From the NCBI GenBank assembly GCA_964188305.1, contig OZ076894.1: a stretch of 64,000 bases of DNA; one strand, given 5' to 3'. Shown here one piece after another: positions 37,750 through 51,052 of this stretch (the first letter of the stretch is position 1; each line of letters starts with the position of its first letter). The notes under the pieces are model-generated. The model saw only the letters and a program-made list of their open reading frames with translations. It made no database searches and had not been told where the DNA came from. Origin of the DNA: Podarcis bocagei (taxonomy: Eukaryota). The position numbers were made by a program, and so were the translations under genes.

Positions 37750-40700
37750 ATGGGCAAGTTATTGTTTGCAAGCAAGCACTCCTCGTCACACCTTTTGGTG
37801 AGTCTGACCAATACTTGTGACTTTCAGCAATCCAGGAAAGAATTGTATCCTCATTTTCAAGAGGCAACGTCATGAGATCCCAGAATGCTGACAGGACCAC
37901 TCACTGAAGCCAGTGGCTCTTTGTCTTCACTTATTGGTCCAGATTCTGAATTCCTGTTTTGCAGCAGCGGTGGATTTGACCTGTCCCAATACATACCAAT
38001 TCCTCAAGTTGTGATTGGCTGCACCTCCCTGGTGATTGCAAACTTTGGAGCTAGTCTTGCTTCTGCTTAAATGTGTGAAATGTCTTGAATGCTCTCCAGT
38101 TTCTTGAGCATTTGAGTCCCCTGCAAAAGAGGTTTTCTGTATTTCTGACTCAGCTGGGGAATATCAGCAGGTGTGGAGTTACTGTATTGTTGCCCCAAGA
38201 ATTTCAGTGGGTGTTGAGTTGATACTGGCCTGCTGTTGTGAAATGCCCAAGAGAGCATTAAACATTTCATTAAACATTTCTCCAGTGCTCAGCAGTCACC
38301 CTGGTGGCCCATGCTACCTGATCTGAAAAAGACCAATGAGAAAACTTAGCTCTCCACTTCAAGGGCTTAACTGAAGAACAGGAAACCACAGAGGCTCTCT
38401 TATCAAGTGCCTGAGATATGTACACTTGCTGGTTTTCTTTCTTTGAAGCCATTCTTTCAAAAAGCATCATTACTAATTTTAAAAACTAACAATGAATAGC
38501 TTATTTTCCCTTTGATAATCTTCAAATTCAAGACAGGACTCCTAAAAATAGAGCTTTGTTCAACATTTAGCTAACAGAACTTTTTCATAGCCAAAGTTTC
38601 TGATTTTTCGGCAAATCCTGTTCTGCAGTATTGCTGTCCAGAAATACCGTGGAGAACTTGTTGCAATCAATGGATTAACATTGGATATTACCCAAGGTCA
38701 GGGATTTGTTTTACCTCCTTTCTGTTGCTTTGAGGTGGCCAGCAACCTGGGGCCAGGAACCTATGGCTTTACAGATGTTGCCAAGCTACAGTTTCCACCA
38801 TCTTTGACTGTTGGCCATATTGGCTAAGGCTGCTGAAGTCCAGTAACATCCCCTAAGCTAACTGGTTGCTTCCTTGACTCCCAGTGCATGATTACTGAAC
38901 AAAGAACCAGTCAAATGCACACGCTAACAGTCAAATGGGTCACGAAGAGTCGAACACGACTAAACGACTAAACAGCAAACAGTCAAATGCATCACAAGCT
39001 CTTGTGTTTCATATCCCTCATTTTCCCTAGCAGAAATGCCTGATGACTTGCTGCTATAAATTTTGCACTGAAGGGGGGGGATAGTATGGATTTTTAGAAT
39101 ACCCATTTTAAAAAGGGAACTTGTTGCTTGTTGAGTTTCATATAGCAGCACTGAACTATTGCAAGACAGGTGGCTTCATATTTTATCTCTTGAGAGCCCA
39201 TGGCCAGGCTGATCTCTCTCACAGAAACAGCGAAGGCTAAATTCCTCTGTCAGCTATACTGAGCCGATTGCAGACAAATTGCTCTTACCTTGGCTGTTAT
39301 GAAACTGTCCTGGAAGATTTTTTTTATAAAAAAAATCCTAGTAATTCTGAGAACTCAGCTGTGCAATCGTTTGTGAATCTCTAGTTGGGAATTGATCTAG
39401 ACTTAGAACACTGAATTCCCTGATAGAAAGATGAAGGAAGTTCAGAAATTCTGGAATAAATTGTTAAATTGAATTAAGAGCACTTTTAGATGAAAGCTTA
39501 TGATCATGTTAGGTCTTTTGGGACAGTTATGTTGGGTAGGAATATGAATTAAGAATTTGGGGGGGGGGGAGAGGAGGACTGATCGCTGAAGAATCCTACT
39601 TTGGAATGAAGGAGTCATAGATATAAAGGCTTTTCTGGGAGACTATTATTTATTATTATGTTGCTTTCTGCAGAGATGATGCATCCTTCCAGATACATGG
39701 AATAAATACTATTGACATTTTGTAGCCTTTTAAAAAATTGCTTTTAAATAGAATTGAATTCAGTGGTAAAAGTCTATTCTTTATATTTGATAATCATGGG
39801 TAGTGCTTTTTTCTGGGGGGACGCAGGTGGACACATACCCCTAAACATTTTGTGACTCTTTGTACTTTTGTCCATTTACTGTATTTATTTTTCCCAATTT
39901 CAACTATGAAATGGTGATTTTCTTGAGTCAAAATGAGAGTACCCCTAAACATTTTATTTTTTAGGGTGAAAAAACACTGATCATGGGCATATTTGATAGC
40001 TCTCATGAATGTGTTAATTTGGTAGATCTTGAAACAGCTGTCCCAGTGTAGGCTGCTCAGGGGCAAAGTATGACCTTCCTATTTATTTAAGTACTTGTGC
40101 TTTGAACTTTAAACTACAGATGCATAGAAAATGAACCTTTTGGCAGATGTGGCTTGGCACACAAGTGAGAAAGTCTGCACCTGCTGAATCAAATTGCCCT
40201 TTCCTATGCACCTGTTAAAGGTATAGGAGCCCTGTCTTCCTGTTCCCTATATTCATGTTACAAATAAAAATTGCTGTCTCCCCAATCTCTCAATTGTTGT
40301 CCTCTTCTCCATCCTGCTCATCTGTAAACTCACTGTTCCACATCAGTTCTGCAAAGAGAAATGCCTGAGCCCCCTATATTTTCAGTTCACAGACTCTGCC
40401 CCCCATCTTCCTCTCCATCTTGCTTCTTAAAACTCTTCCATTGTTCTCTTCATACAGATAAGCTAGATCATCTTTAGCTGCCTTTTATTCAAAATAAAAA
40501 GGATTAGCTTATGCACATTTTTTTTAAAAAACATGCTAAATGCAACATGTAGTTTGGCCATGAGCCTCATTAGTTAATAATGGCAAACCTGTGTCTCTGC
40601 AGATGCTGCTGTACTTCATCTCCCATTAGCCTTGGCTAGCAAGGCCAGTGATCAGTAGTAGGAGTTGTATTCTAGCAACATGGGGAAGGTCACAGGTTTT

Positions 40701-43700
40701 GCATCCCTGTGTTATGTTCCATTAATTCTTGAATGATACTATTTTAGTGCATTCTGGACTATTATGCTGCAATCCTATGTACACTTGACTGTGAGTTTCA
40801 CTGAAATGAATGAGGCTTCTAATTGAGTAGACATGTATAGGATTGCAATGCACATGGCAGGATACAGCAGAAAATCACCTTGTGATCTTTGTTGGCAGCT
40901 CTGTTAGCGATGATGGAGTGTAATGTAGCAAACTGGAAAATGGTGATTCTATTTTGTTTTTGCCTATATGAACTCAAGGAATTGTATTTTGGAGCTATCA
41001 AAATCTATTGTTAAAACACAGGGCTGCTTTAAAGAGAGAGAGAACTGTTAGGAACATTTTCCTCACTGTACTACATCTGAACAAAATGTTTTGTATGCCC
41101 ATTACTAGTTTCAAAAGCTCCATCAGAGTAATTGTCAGGTTGAGCAGCCTAGCCAGCCTCTTCTATTGCAATGAAAAGGTTTGGGGTTTTGTCCTCTACA
41201 AACATTTGAAGCAGATTTTCACGATAAACACAACCCGCAAAGCAGTCTATGTCACAAGCTCATCTGCAGGCAAAAGGCTGCAATAATTACAGTGGCAGGA
41301 AATTGAAATCTGACAGGCTAGTTTATTTCTAAATACCATCATCCTCCCTTTGCTATGCTTCCCATCCCTTTCCCCTGGCTGTGATGTTATTGATATGTGG
41401 CATACAGTCTCTCTTGGCTCAGCTTCCCAGTGCTGTGAGACCCAATCTGTTCTTTCCCTGGTTCAAAATGCCCTTATTTCTACCTCTAAGGTCCACAAGA
41501 GTGAATGCCAGTTCATTGCCTAGCGCTGTTCATATAATGCTGCCGGTAAGTTTGATATTAAACTTCAGTAAGCTTCTCTTTCTCTCTCACCCCCAACACT
41601 CTCCCTACTAAAATGATTTTGGCTGGGGGCACTGTAATTCTTGCTCATAAATCAGGTGCTCAGAGATTTAATCATTCTAAATTCACATGAGAATCTAGTG
41701 CAATAAAATATTTCTCACTCTTTCCTTCATCCTTTTTTGTAATTGTGCCACCATACTTTTATTTGTTTTTAAGACTTGGGAAATCTGTGCTCGAAGATGT
41801 GTCTTGGGGCTGTTCAGTGTAGAAAAGCTAGAACCACTTGATCCTGTTTGGATTAATGGTCTGAATGTTACGGATTTCTAATGCATCCTTAATAAAATAT
41901 TTTGGAAAGTTGCCACAATAAATTCCCTTACTCCTTTATATATAGATTGCCCCCTCTTTATATGTGAATTTATTTCAGCTTTTCATCACAGTGCATACCA
42001 TAAGCCACTGAAGGCAAAATATCACTGAGTGCACTTAAGTCTGTGCCCATGGGGTATGGATAATTTGAAAGAAATGCTTGTGTCCCTAGTCATGGTGTTT
42101 CAATGGGAATGCCCTCTGGTATGTTGAAAAGACAAAATATTGCATTTCTAGTCCCATTTCCACCTCTTATTCCTCAATTGCTTTGCCTTATTTATTTACT
42201 AATAATATTTGTATACCACTCAATATGCAAAATCCCTAAGAGGTTTACATAAAACACAATAAGGTCATGTTGATGGGTTTTTTTATGAAATCATTTTTAT
42301 TGGTTTTACAAATACATAGTCCAGGGATATCCCTGGAAACAAATGAGAACGGAGAGGAAAGATGAACCTTATGAGCCAGGGAAAGCCTGAACGAAGAGGC
42401 ATTTGAAACCTGAGACTGTTTATGCCTCACAAACAGCACGTGGAAGGCTATTCCAGATAGTGGGTACCACTACCGAGGCCACATTCAAGATGCAATAAGA
42501 AGGCATCCTGCCAGTCTGCAATATGATCAGGAATGCCTCCTCCTCAGATCTGACCAGGTATAACCAGGAACATAATGGAGAATAAGATCTATCTTACTAT
42601 CAAGATGCAAATTACTACGATTGCTGTGATGTACTTCTTACTCCACTGCTCCATAGAGTAGAGATGGGAAACCTGTGGCCTCCCAGATGTTATTGGACTC
42701 TAACTCCCCACCAACCCCAACCAGTTTGGCCCAACATTGAGGGGTGATGACAGATGTAGTCCAGCTATATCTGAAGGGGTACTGGTTCCCCCAGCCCTGC
42801 CATAGAGGTTTGGGGTCAAAGTTTTATTTGCACCTCTTCTGTCCTAGTGTTGCCAGGGGTACCAACTTGAATAATATTTTTTTTTTGGGGGGGAGGTAAG
42901 TCCCATCCCACATAATCGATCACATGATGCAGTGCATGCACACCATTTGAATGGCAATGCCCATCAACTTTGGCCCCCCCGGGCCTCCTCAAATATTTTA
43001 TCGGGGGGCAAAGTCCCCACAGCCCTTTGGAGTTGGCTCCTGTGAGTGTTGCTATCTGTTCATATGACATGTTCACATTCAGTGAGCCTATGGAGAGCAG
43101 GATGGCATTTCCTGCCCCTGAGCTTTCAAATGAACTCATGGAAGTTGGAAGTTGGCACAGAATCTGCAATCCTGTTCCCTCTCCCCTGTATTGTTCATGT
43201 TGGGCGAGAAGCGGCTTTTTGCACAGCCTCCTCAATTTAGAGTGGATGAGCTGCTGCAAGGCCATAAACATCCATTGTCGTTCAAAACCCATTGACGCTA
43301 AGAATGAAATGTATTGACAGTCACTGAAGGGAAAGCAAAATGTTTTTCTTTTCACACTTTCATAATAACCAACGTAACCATCACTTATAGCCTAAGGCCA
43401 CTGTAATAAAAATTACAGGAAATACATGCATTAGCATTTCAAATATGCATCAATAAGGGTCAGGAGTACTGGTAAATACATATCTTTAAAATAAAAAGCA
43501 CAGTCCTTGCCTTCCCAACTACCTTGTTTGTGCGAGATTATTCTGGAGGGTGGCACTGGTGTCCTTTGTGATCATATTCCATTTAATTCACTGTTGCAAA
43601 AGGTGAAGGGGAAGGACACTACTTAAGAAGAAGGGTGGGAAGCTACTGAAATCGTTTCTTTCGTAATAATGCATGCTCTGAGTTGAAGAATGCAGGAGGA

Positions 43701-44301
43701 AAGAGTTTAGGTTAACAGAGAGCAATCTCACTTTTTCTGTAAATAAGCAGTGTAGAATGATGGATTGAAATTATGTGTGAGGGCAGAGCAGCAGGCTTTG
43801 AAGAGAGCCAGTGTATGCTCTGTTGTCATCCAGATCTCCATACATTCTCAATTGGTTCTGGAAATGCAGTTAGTGGGCACCTGCTACACCGCAACTGGCG
43901 TGCTATTCCCCAGTAAAGGGGCAGCTACACAGAAGACCCTGCTCCGAGTTTATACATACAGGCCATGTATAAACTAGATTGAGGGTGGTTTTGAATACTA
44001 CCCAGAAGTGCTCAAGAGAATATAAAGAATGTGACCAACTATCCATAATAATTTATGTCTACCCATCATAATTTATTTTTGTATGGACACATGACACTGG
44101 TAGGTGCCAGTGTCCTGCGTGTCGCATATGAAGCTTCCTGAAATCTCTGCAAGGGAAATTGAAAGGGGATTATATTATGCAAGGGATTATATCATATTGG
44201 CTTGGCAAATAACTTTTTTTTTTTGGCCACCAGCTCTTCCCAAAATCCCGCTCGCAACTCTACAGACCCCGCCACCTTTGCCCATAATCTGGGATAGCTT
44301 T

Positions 44302-44365
<64 letters not shown>

Positions 44366-44368
44366 TCC
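44302..44368. repeat. (TTTC)n microsatellite
   Basis: About 15 units; this is the source of the KKER/FFLS pseudo-ORFs. Confidence 0.95.
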
Positions 44369-45001
44369 CAAGAAAGGAGTGGCACAGTTTTCCTTTCATA
44401 AACCACATTGTGCTGGCTAGAATGATGGGGAGTAAGGTTGGGGGGAAGGAGATGGCTTTGTTTGCTTTTTCCATACACATACATACACACACAGTGCATA
44501 GGAATGCTTGCCTCATTCTTTAAAATAAAGATACTTGAGATCCTTTATGTAAGTTCCTGTAGGAAAATATTATACAGAAACATCTTGAAATGCCTCTGGT
44601 GGTAATTCTTTTGACATACTAAAGTTGTAAATGGTCTGGAAGTACAGAATAATGGCTCTGACTTCATTTGCTGTCATTGTTGCTATGTGAAAGAGCACAA
44701 GACGCTTGCTGATTAAGGTTTACTCAGCTGTGACGTTAACTTCTGGCCATTACTGCAAAGCTCAGTTGATACTGTCCCAATTTATTTTGGATTTCTTTTA
44801 TTTTGACATGGTAGATTGATTCAGTAATTTTTACTGGGTAATCATCCCAAACCTGCTTAATTTAAAAACAGGAACTACAATCCCATTGCTTAATGGCTAT
44901 GGGGCATTGCTTTATGTTAACAAGGAAAGGCAAGACTTTCCCTTGGGTTACGCTAAATGCTGTCAGAAAGGTAGCAATAGGGTGGCCACATGTCACAGAG
45001 A

Positions 45002-45258
45002 GCCAGTGTGGTGTAGTGGTTAAGAGTGGTAGACTCGTAATCTGGTGAACCGGGTTCGCGTCTCCACTCCTCCACATGCAGCTGCTGGGTGACCTTGGGC
45101 CAGTCACATTTCTCTGAAGTCTCTCAGCCCCACTCACCTCACAGAGTGTTTGTTGGGGGGGAGGAAGGGAAAGGAGAATGTTAGCTGCTTTGAGACTCCT
45201 TCGGGTAGTGATAAAGCAGGATATTCAATCCAAACTCTTTTTCTTCTTCTTCTTCTTC
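45002..45258 (+). mobile_element. tRNA-derived SINE with (CTT)n tail, copy 2
   Basis: High identity to 26173-26423. Confidence 0.85.
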
Positions 45259-45380
45259 CTGCTTTGCAGCAGTGTTCTGTTTGAAGGCCTGTAAGAAGCA
45301 TCAATTGCCCACCAGCACTACCTAACTGTCAAACTAAGCAGACAGTCCATACACCTGGTTGCAGTCTTCCTAAATGAGAT

Positions 45381-45501
45381 CTCAGTCGGTAGCGCATGAG
45401 ACTCTTAAATTCAGGGTCATGGGTTCAAGCCCCATGTTGGGCATTTCAGTGGGTTGGACTAGATGATCCTCATTGTTCCTTCCTACTCTACAATTCTGAT
45501 T
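45381..45501 (+). mobile_element. tRNA-Lys(CTT)-derived SINE with CR1-type 3' tail (Squam2-like)
   Basis: CTCAGTCGGTAGCGCATGAGACTCTTAA...GGGTTCAAGCCCCATGTTGGGC followed by GGGTTGGACTAGATGATC...ATTCTGATTC. Confidence 0.75.
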
Positions 45502-46079
45502 CCCCCACTATGGTGAGATTGACTGAATTCCTATTAATCCTATGATGTTTATGTATATGTATATACATCTCCCTCCCTCCAACATCATCTCCAGACATTT
45601 TGCATTTGTAATTTTTCTTTTAAATGCTTTCTATTTCAGTGTTTCCTTTTGGGGACTTTAGTTTGTACCCCAAGAAAATGTTCTGTTGTATGCCCATGTA
45701 CCTGTTCAGGGTGTGTGGAAGATCACAGACACGGCTACTTGCTACTTGCTTGCAATGAATGCTGTTGGAGACATGGAAAGGAATTTAACAGCAAATAATT
45801 AACTGATGAATCAGTAATTGGTGCTGGGAATTTTCGTTTAAAATGACTGTGTCATTACACAAAGCATACCCTCGCCAATTTTAATACCTTGGTGAGAGAA
45901 AGGGTGTCTTTTAAAGGTGCTAGATGGTATTTTAGCACCAGAGCTGTGATGTTGGCTAATGCACTGCCCAGTGATTGAAAGGGAAGTATAACTTTTAAGG
46001 TGAAAATAAAAACGTCTCATTGCTGAAATCAGGAAACCAGGTCTTTCATATTAGTATTAGTAGTTGCTTTTTGCCAAAG

Positions 46080-46104
46080 TTTTTTTTTTTTTTTTTTTTT
46101 TTTT
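46080..46104. repeat. Poly(T) tract
   Basis: About 25 T. Confidence 0.9.
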
Positions 46105-46823
46105 GCTGTATGCCACCATCTAACAAGTAACACTGGCTGGTGTTACATGCTAATGGACTGCATCCCCTTAGAGACTTGGTCGTATTGAGAGAGTGAAAGA
46201 AGGCAGGCGAGGTACCACTTTTACATTAAAGCATGCATAGCTCAGAGGTCACGAAACCTCTTATTCTGCTCAAGGCTTCTGGGGACATAGAGAGTCTCAG
46301 TCTTTTAGCAGAGAGTAATGAATGGCACTTGCTGACTCGTTATCTTTCCACCCCCACCCGTCTGTCAGCAGGGGTTAGTGCTACTCAGCATAATGAGCCT
46401 GGTCTCTGCCTGCCAAATACATGCGGGTCTGAGAGTGCTTTCTCCCCAGTTGCTTTGTAAATCCGCTTTTACTTTTAGAGAAGATGGCATTAAGATGTGT
46501 ACTAGAGGTGTCTCGCCAAGCTTTTTCTCTAAAGGTTGATAAGTGCTGTAAATGTGAGCAGAGAGTCAAAGATATGGAGCTGAAAAGGTGGCCTGGCTGA
46601 GCTTGAGATTGCCGACAGGGTAATAATGCCTACCTTAAATGTCTTTGGGACCTGGTTATTTGAAGGACTGCTTTGGAGGCTGCTCAAGGGCCCACCATCT
46701 TGGAACCCAAGATAGCTTACATGTGGCCCTGACCAGCACTGGTATGTGGCCCCTGGAAGGTTGACCAAAAAATGTTTCCCATCCCTGCTTTATAAGGATA
46801 GGAAGAATTTCTAGGGTATAATC

Positions 46824-46959
46824 CAGGCATAGGCAAACTCGGCCCTCCAGATGCTTTGAGACTACAATTCCCATCATCCCTGACCACTGGTCCTGTTAGC
46901 TAGGGATGATGGAAGCTGTAGTCTCAAAACATCTGGAGGGCCGAGTTTGCCTATGCTTG
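46824..46959. mobile_element. Palindromic hAT MITE, same family
   Basis: TIRs CAGGCATAGGCAAACTCGGCC / GGCCGAGTTTGCCTATGCTTG; TSD GTATAATC/GTGTAATC. Older relics lie near 12560, 16870, 32020, 38760, 40580, 42660, 56730 and 59400. Confidence 0.85.
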
Positions 46960-47689
46960 GTGTAATCTGACAATTCTAGTGTGTGCAGATCGGTTTTATC
47001 ATGGCGTAAGCACAGGCTGAGGGAAGAAGTGCCATGCCACGAGGCTGCTGTGGATGCCATCTTCCACTCCCAAAGAATGTCTAGGCCTCACCTCAGTTGA
47101 GGCGGGATGCAGGGGTGAATGATGAGCAGAAACAGCACTCACACACCTGGTGCAACTTTGTTTCATGGGTTCGAGAGGTGATGGGAGAAGCGCCAGTCTG
47201 GATGGATCAAGTAGATTTTGCAGACTGGTTGTTGAGGGCACAGATCATTAGCTTTTATTGCATGATTTTTGTATTGTAATTCCTTTGTGCTGTCCTCAAA
47301 ATGGCAACATGACTTTACAAAGCCATTAACATAGGACATTTTGAATTCTGTCTTTTGGAGTTCTAGTGAACTGTTGTGCCTCCTCAAAAAAAATTAGCTT
47401 ATATTGTCTTCATTCAGGATCATCCTGCTTGTCGGGTGTGAAATATTATAGCCATTGAATACTACAAACAAATCTTTGATTTTCCCCTTATATAGTTTAT
47501 ATTTAATTCTGTGGTGACTGTCAATTTTGGAATTTTTTAAAATACATTGATCTCACTTACTCACTTATACACACACTTCTCATGGGCCTGATTTTTCCAA
47601 TCATATCTTTTGCTGGAAATTTACTGGAGCTGTACTTTACATCCAACCAGTAATATTCACAACTGAGTTGCCAGGAGAGAGTAGCGTTA

Positions 47690-47890
47690 TTAATAATCTA
47701 TATAAAGCACTTTAAATGTGTCAAGTGCTTTAGAGCCATCCTCTCATTCATCATTGAGGCAACTCTTTGAGATAAGTATTAACATTTTTCAGAAGGTGAA
47801 CTGAAGCTGCTAATGATTTGCCTAAGGCAACCCAATGGCCCATAGCTGAGCTCAGATATGATTCCTGGCTTCCCAGGTCCAGTCCCTTTG
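47690..47890 (-). mobile_element. Ancient MIR/CORE-SINE-like relic
   Basis: GGTGAACTGAAGCT...TGATTTGCCTAAGGCAACCCA...GATTCCTGGCTTCC resembles the reverse strand of the CORE consensus. Confidence 0.55.
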
Positions 47891-48358
47891 ATCTCATAAA
47901 TAAACGTGAAGCTACAGCTTGAGGATTATTCTTTCGAGTGTCTGTGTCCCACTGACTCAGAAACAAATCTTATGCTACCTGTAGAGAAAAAGGTATTGAG
48001 GAAAAACTTTGACTTCCGTATCTTTGCATATTAACAAAATGGCATGGCTAATTAGGCCAGTTAGAATTCCTTACAGTATGGTCTTTTCTACAGAGTAAGC
48101 AACAGCAGGCAGATAATAGTATTTACGAATAAAGCCAAGGCAAAATTTGTGTCCTGTTTGCAATTTATGCAATCCTGATTATTCATATTACGGTGTTTGA
48201 AATATGTTGCTTGACCTGCAGTATTTAATATTTTCCCAGTATATAAAAGCATCCGTCACAATGGAAGTGCAGTGACATACATCAAATATATTTGCCAACC
48301 AGATTGCTTCAGTTTTGGACTGCAGATGGATAACAGTAAATTTCTTTCTGTCTTTCAG

Positions 48359-48482
48359 AAATGTACCGCTTGCCATTTGCACATCAATGGTTATTGTCAC
48401 AGTTGGCTATGTGTTAACCAACGTGGCCTATTTTACAACTATTAGTCCCGAGGATCTGCTAGCTTCCCAAGCAGTGGCAGTG
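48359..48482 (+). CDS. SLC7A11: xCT exon 7 ([41 protein letters not shown]), 124 nt
   Basis: Acceptor tctttcag after a 22,956-nt intron; donor GTG|gtaagt. Confidence 0.97.
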
Positions 48483-48653
48483 GTAAGTCATAGTAGAATG
48501 TACCATGCAAATGAGTAAAGTTTTCAGAATAAGTTTCTTGATCACAATAGAAAACAGAGTTTACTGGATGAAGTCCTTAAAACTTAAGAATGGGAGAAGG
48601 TATTGAGGAATTCTACCAATTAAGTTGATACGTCTTTCCCTCTCTTTTGGCAG

Positions 48654-48757
48654 ACTTTTGCTGAACGTTTACTGGGAAGTTTTTCCTTGGCTGTCCCAAT
48701 TTTTGTTGCACTCTCTTGCTTCGGATCTATGAATGGTGGGATCTTTGCTGTCTCCAG
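48654..48757 (+). CDS. SLC7A11: xCT exon 8 ([35 protein letters not shown]), 104 nt
   Basis: Acceptor ttttggcag; donor AG|gtgagt; [10 protein letters not shown] motif containing Cys327. Confidence 0.97.
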
Positions 48758-49306
48758 GTGAGTCAAATGTGGGGTGAGGGTAAAGCCATAAAATTTGGAT
48801 TTAGCATGCAAACTGGGAATATTACTTCAAAGGGGGAAAATCAACATTAAATAATGGCATTAGTTTGCAGTGAATTTTCCTCTCCTTTGCTTCAATACCA
48901 CTGAATACAATTCAGTGAAATGTATAGAGGCAGGGCAAGAATACAGCTATAATCTTGCACACTTCCCATTCATTTCAATGGAATTTAAACAGCAATTTCT
49001 GTTTGCTGTAATATTGCAGTGATAGTGGCTTAGCACAAAAGGAGAGAAAAGAAAACTGAAGCAATGCTAACTGGCCCTTGTTTTTGAAGACTGACTAAGA
49101 GTGGCTGAAGGTAGAAATGTTCATGCTGATTTCCCGGGCTTCTAAATTTCTTTTACATCAGAACTTCTGATGCTTGTCTTGCATAGTAAAAAACCCCAGC
49201 ACTGCTGAGGATAACTTTGAATGTGTTCTACACCTCTAGTGAGTTGCTTCCATTCATCTTGGTAATGAGTGTCTTTAAAAGCTGTCCAAATTTATTTTCC
49301 CACCAG

Positions 49307-49403
49307 GATGTTCTACGTCGCATCCCGTGAGGGTCACCTTCCTGAGATTCTGTCCATGATTCATGTTCGCAAGCACACTCCTTTACCAGCTGTCATTGTT
49401 TTG
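49307..49403 (+). CDS. SLC7A11: xCT exon 9 ([32 protein letters not shown]), 97 nt
   Basis: Acceptor cccaccag; donor TTG|gtaatt. Confidence 0.97.
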
Positions 49404-50375
49404 GTAATTCCTATAAACAAATGTCCCTGTACAAGGCTGCATGGCATGAATCTGCACTGGAGGATTCAAATGCCATTTAAATACTTCTTGAATCTCAGTT
49501 ATTTATTTCTATCTCATACATTAGATGCATGTGAGGGGTGGAAAGTAATTGCAGAGGTGATCTATTCTAGAGACTCCTCCTTTTGACTCTCTGTTAGTTG
49601 CATTTAACTCTCGCTGGCTGGTGCCTAAATCACACCTCATTATGTTTTATTTGAAAGGTTGAAAGAGAGTGATTAGCTAAGCTCCTCTCAATGGAATGAA
49701 TCTTCCTAGATAGGGATGCAGAGTAATAAAATTCTACATAAAAGCTACACACTAGTGTACTGTCTGGTAAGACCGTGAAGTCACATTACAGGTATCTTGC
49801 AGAGAAAATGCAAACAACAGTAATAGATAGATTGGTATTGCCACCTGCCTTCAGGGCACTGGTTCCAGGTTATAAAATAATGTTTGTTTTCTGATTTCTA
49901 TGCTTTTTTCATATTTTTGTTTTGGAGAATCCAAAGCTGTACTCCTTAGTGTGCTGGCTTGGATACAAGTTCTTTAGAAACAATAACACCGATTCCCAAA
50001 TAAACATATTTATCTCCTCTGGTCCTGTTGAAGTAAGATGACATGTGGATTTTTACAATGCAATTCATGTGCAATTCATATGGTTGTGATTCTGAATTTT
50101 CCATTATCTGTGTCATCTTTATCACAGAAGCATCCTCACAACTGGAACAATAGAAACAATGCTGCTTTCTAAATCACATAATTTGTAGCCTAGGAGAGGG
50201 CATTCTCGGGGGCAGCCCCAAGGTTGTTGAATTTCCTCTCCACAAATCACTATATAGCTTTCAGCGAATGCTAAAGATACACTTCTTTACCTTAGCCATT
50301 GACATATGAGATATGTTTTTTTTCAGTACCCGCCCAATTACTGTTAAGGTAAATTGTTTTAACTGTTTTTAAATA

Positions 50376-50616
50376 TAGTGGTACCTTGGTTCTCAAATGT
50401 AATCCGTTCCAGAAGTCCGTTTGACTTCCAAAACATTCAAAAATCAAGGTGCATCTTTTGATTGGCACAGGTGCCCTGGAAACAATAGCTGACAGCCACA
50501 TTGGACGTTTGGCTTCCGAAAAACGTTCAAAAACCGGAACATTTACTTCTGGGCTTTCAGTGTTTGGGAGCTGAAATGTTCAGGTACCAAGGCATTTGAG
50601 AACCAAGCTTCCACTG
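50376..50616. mobile_element. Tc1/mariner-type MITE, subfamily C
   Basis: TA|TAGTGGTACCTTGGTTCTCAAA...TTTGAGAACCAAGCTTCCACTG|TA. Confidence 0.8.
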
Positions 50617-50902
50617 TACTGAATCAAATTTTTTGGTAACCTACCCAACACAGGATTTAACTTTGTCCTCCCACCCATCAGCTGGCATGAGTTGGGTTTG
50701 CTGATGGGCAGGTGGGCATGATTTTGGGAAAAAGGTTTTGTGGGTCAAATTGGACCACTAGTAGGCGAAGAAGGGCTGGAAGTTCCCCACCCCTGATGTA
50801 GTGTGCTAAGAACTATGGGGGCACCACAATGTTAATATAAGGAAATACGGCAATAACAGTTTGGGCAATAAAGCACACTTCTCATTTTAATCTATTTTGC
50901 AG

Positions 50903-51052
50903 CACCCTCTGACAATGATCATGCTCTTCTCCAGTGATCTCTACAGCCTCTTGAACTTCCTCAGTTTTGCCCGGTGGCTTTTTATAGGCGTGGCAGTTGC
51001 TGGGATGATTTACCTCCGATATAAGCGCCCTGAGATGCCTCGTCCTTTCAAG
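50903..51052 (+). CDS. SLC7A11: xCT exon 10 ([27 protein letters not shown]...RPFK), 150 nt
   Basis: Acceptor ttttgcag; donor AAG|gtaacc. Confidence 0.97.

Noticed and set aside
37450-37875. 141-aa ORF
   Set aside because: Mostly inside the GC-rich hAT element at 37473-37749.
42816-43355. Longest ORF in the track (179 aa, minus strand)
   Set aside because: Non-ATG start, crosses homopolymer runs and a repeat-like segment, and shows no recognisable homology.
44104-44523. KKER-rich and FFLS-rich ORFs
   Set aside because: Translation of a (TTTC)n microsatellite.
45381-45442. tRNA-Lys(CTT) gene
   Set aside because: The 5' acceptor strand is missing, stems are mutated and it is fused to a CR1-type tail, so it is a SINE head.
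25403-48358. Nested gene, antisense lncRNA or autonomous transposon in the 23-kb intron 6
   Set aside because: No long ORF, transposase/RT motif or credible exon chain was seen. Non-coding transcripts cannot be judged from sequence alone.
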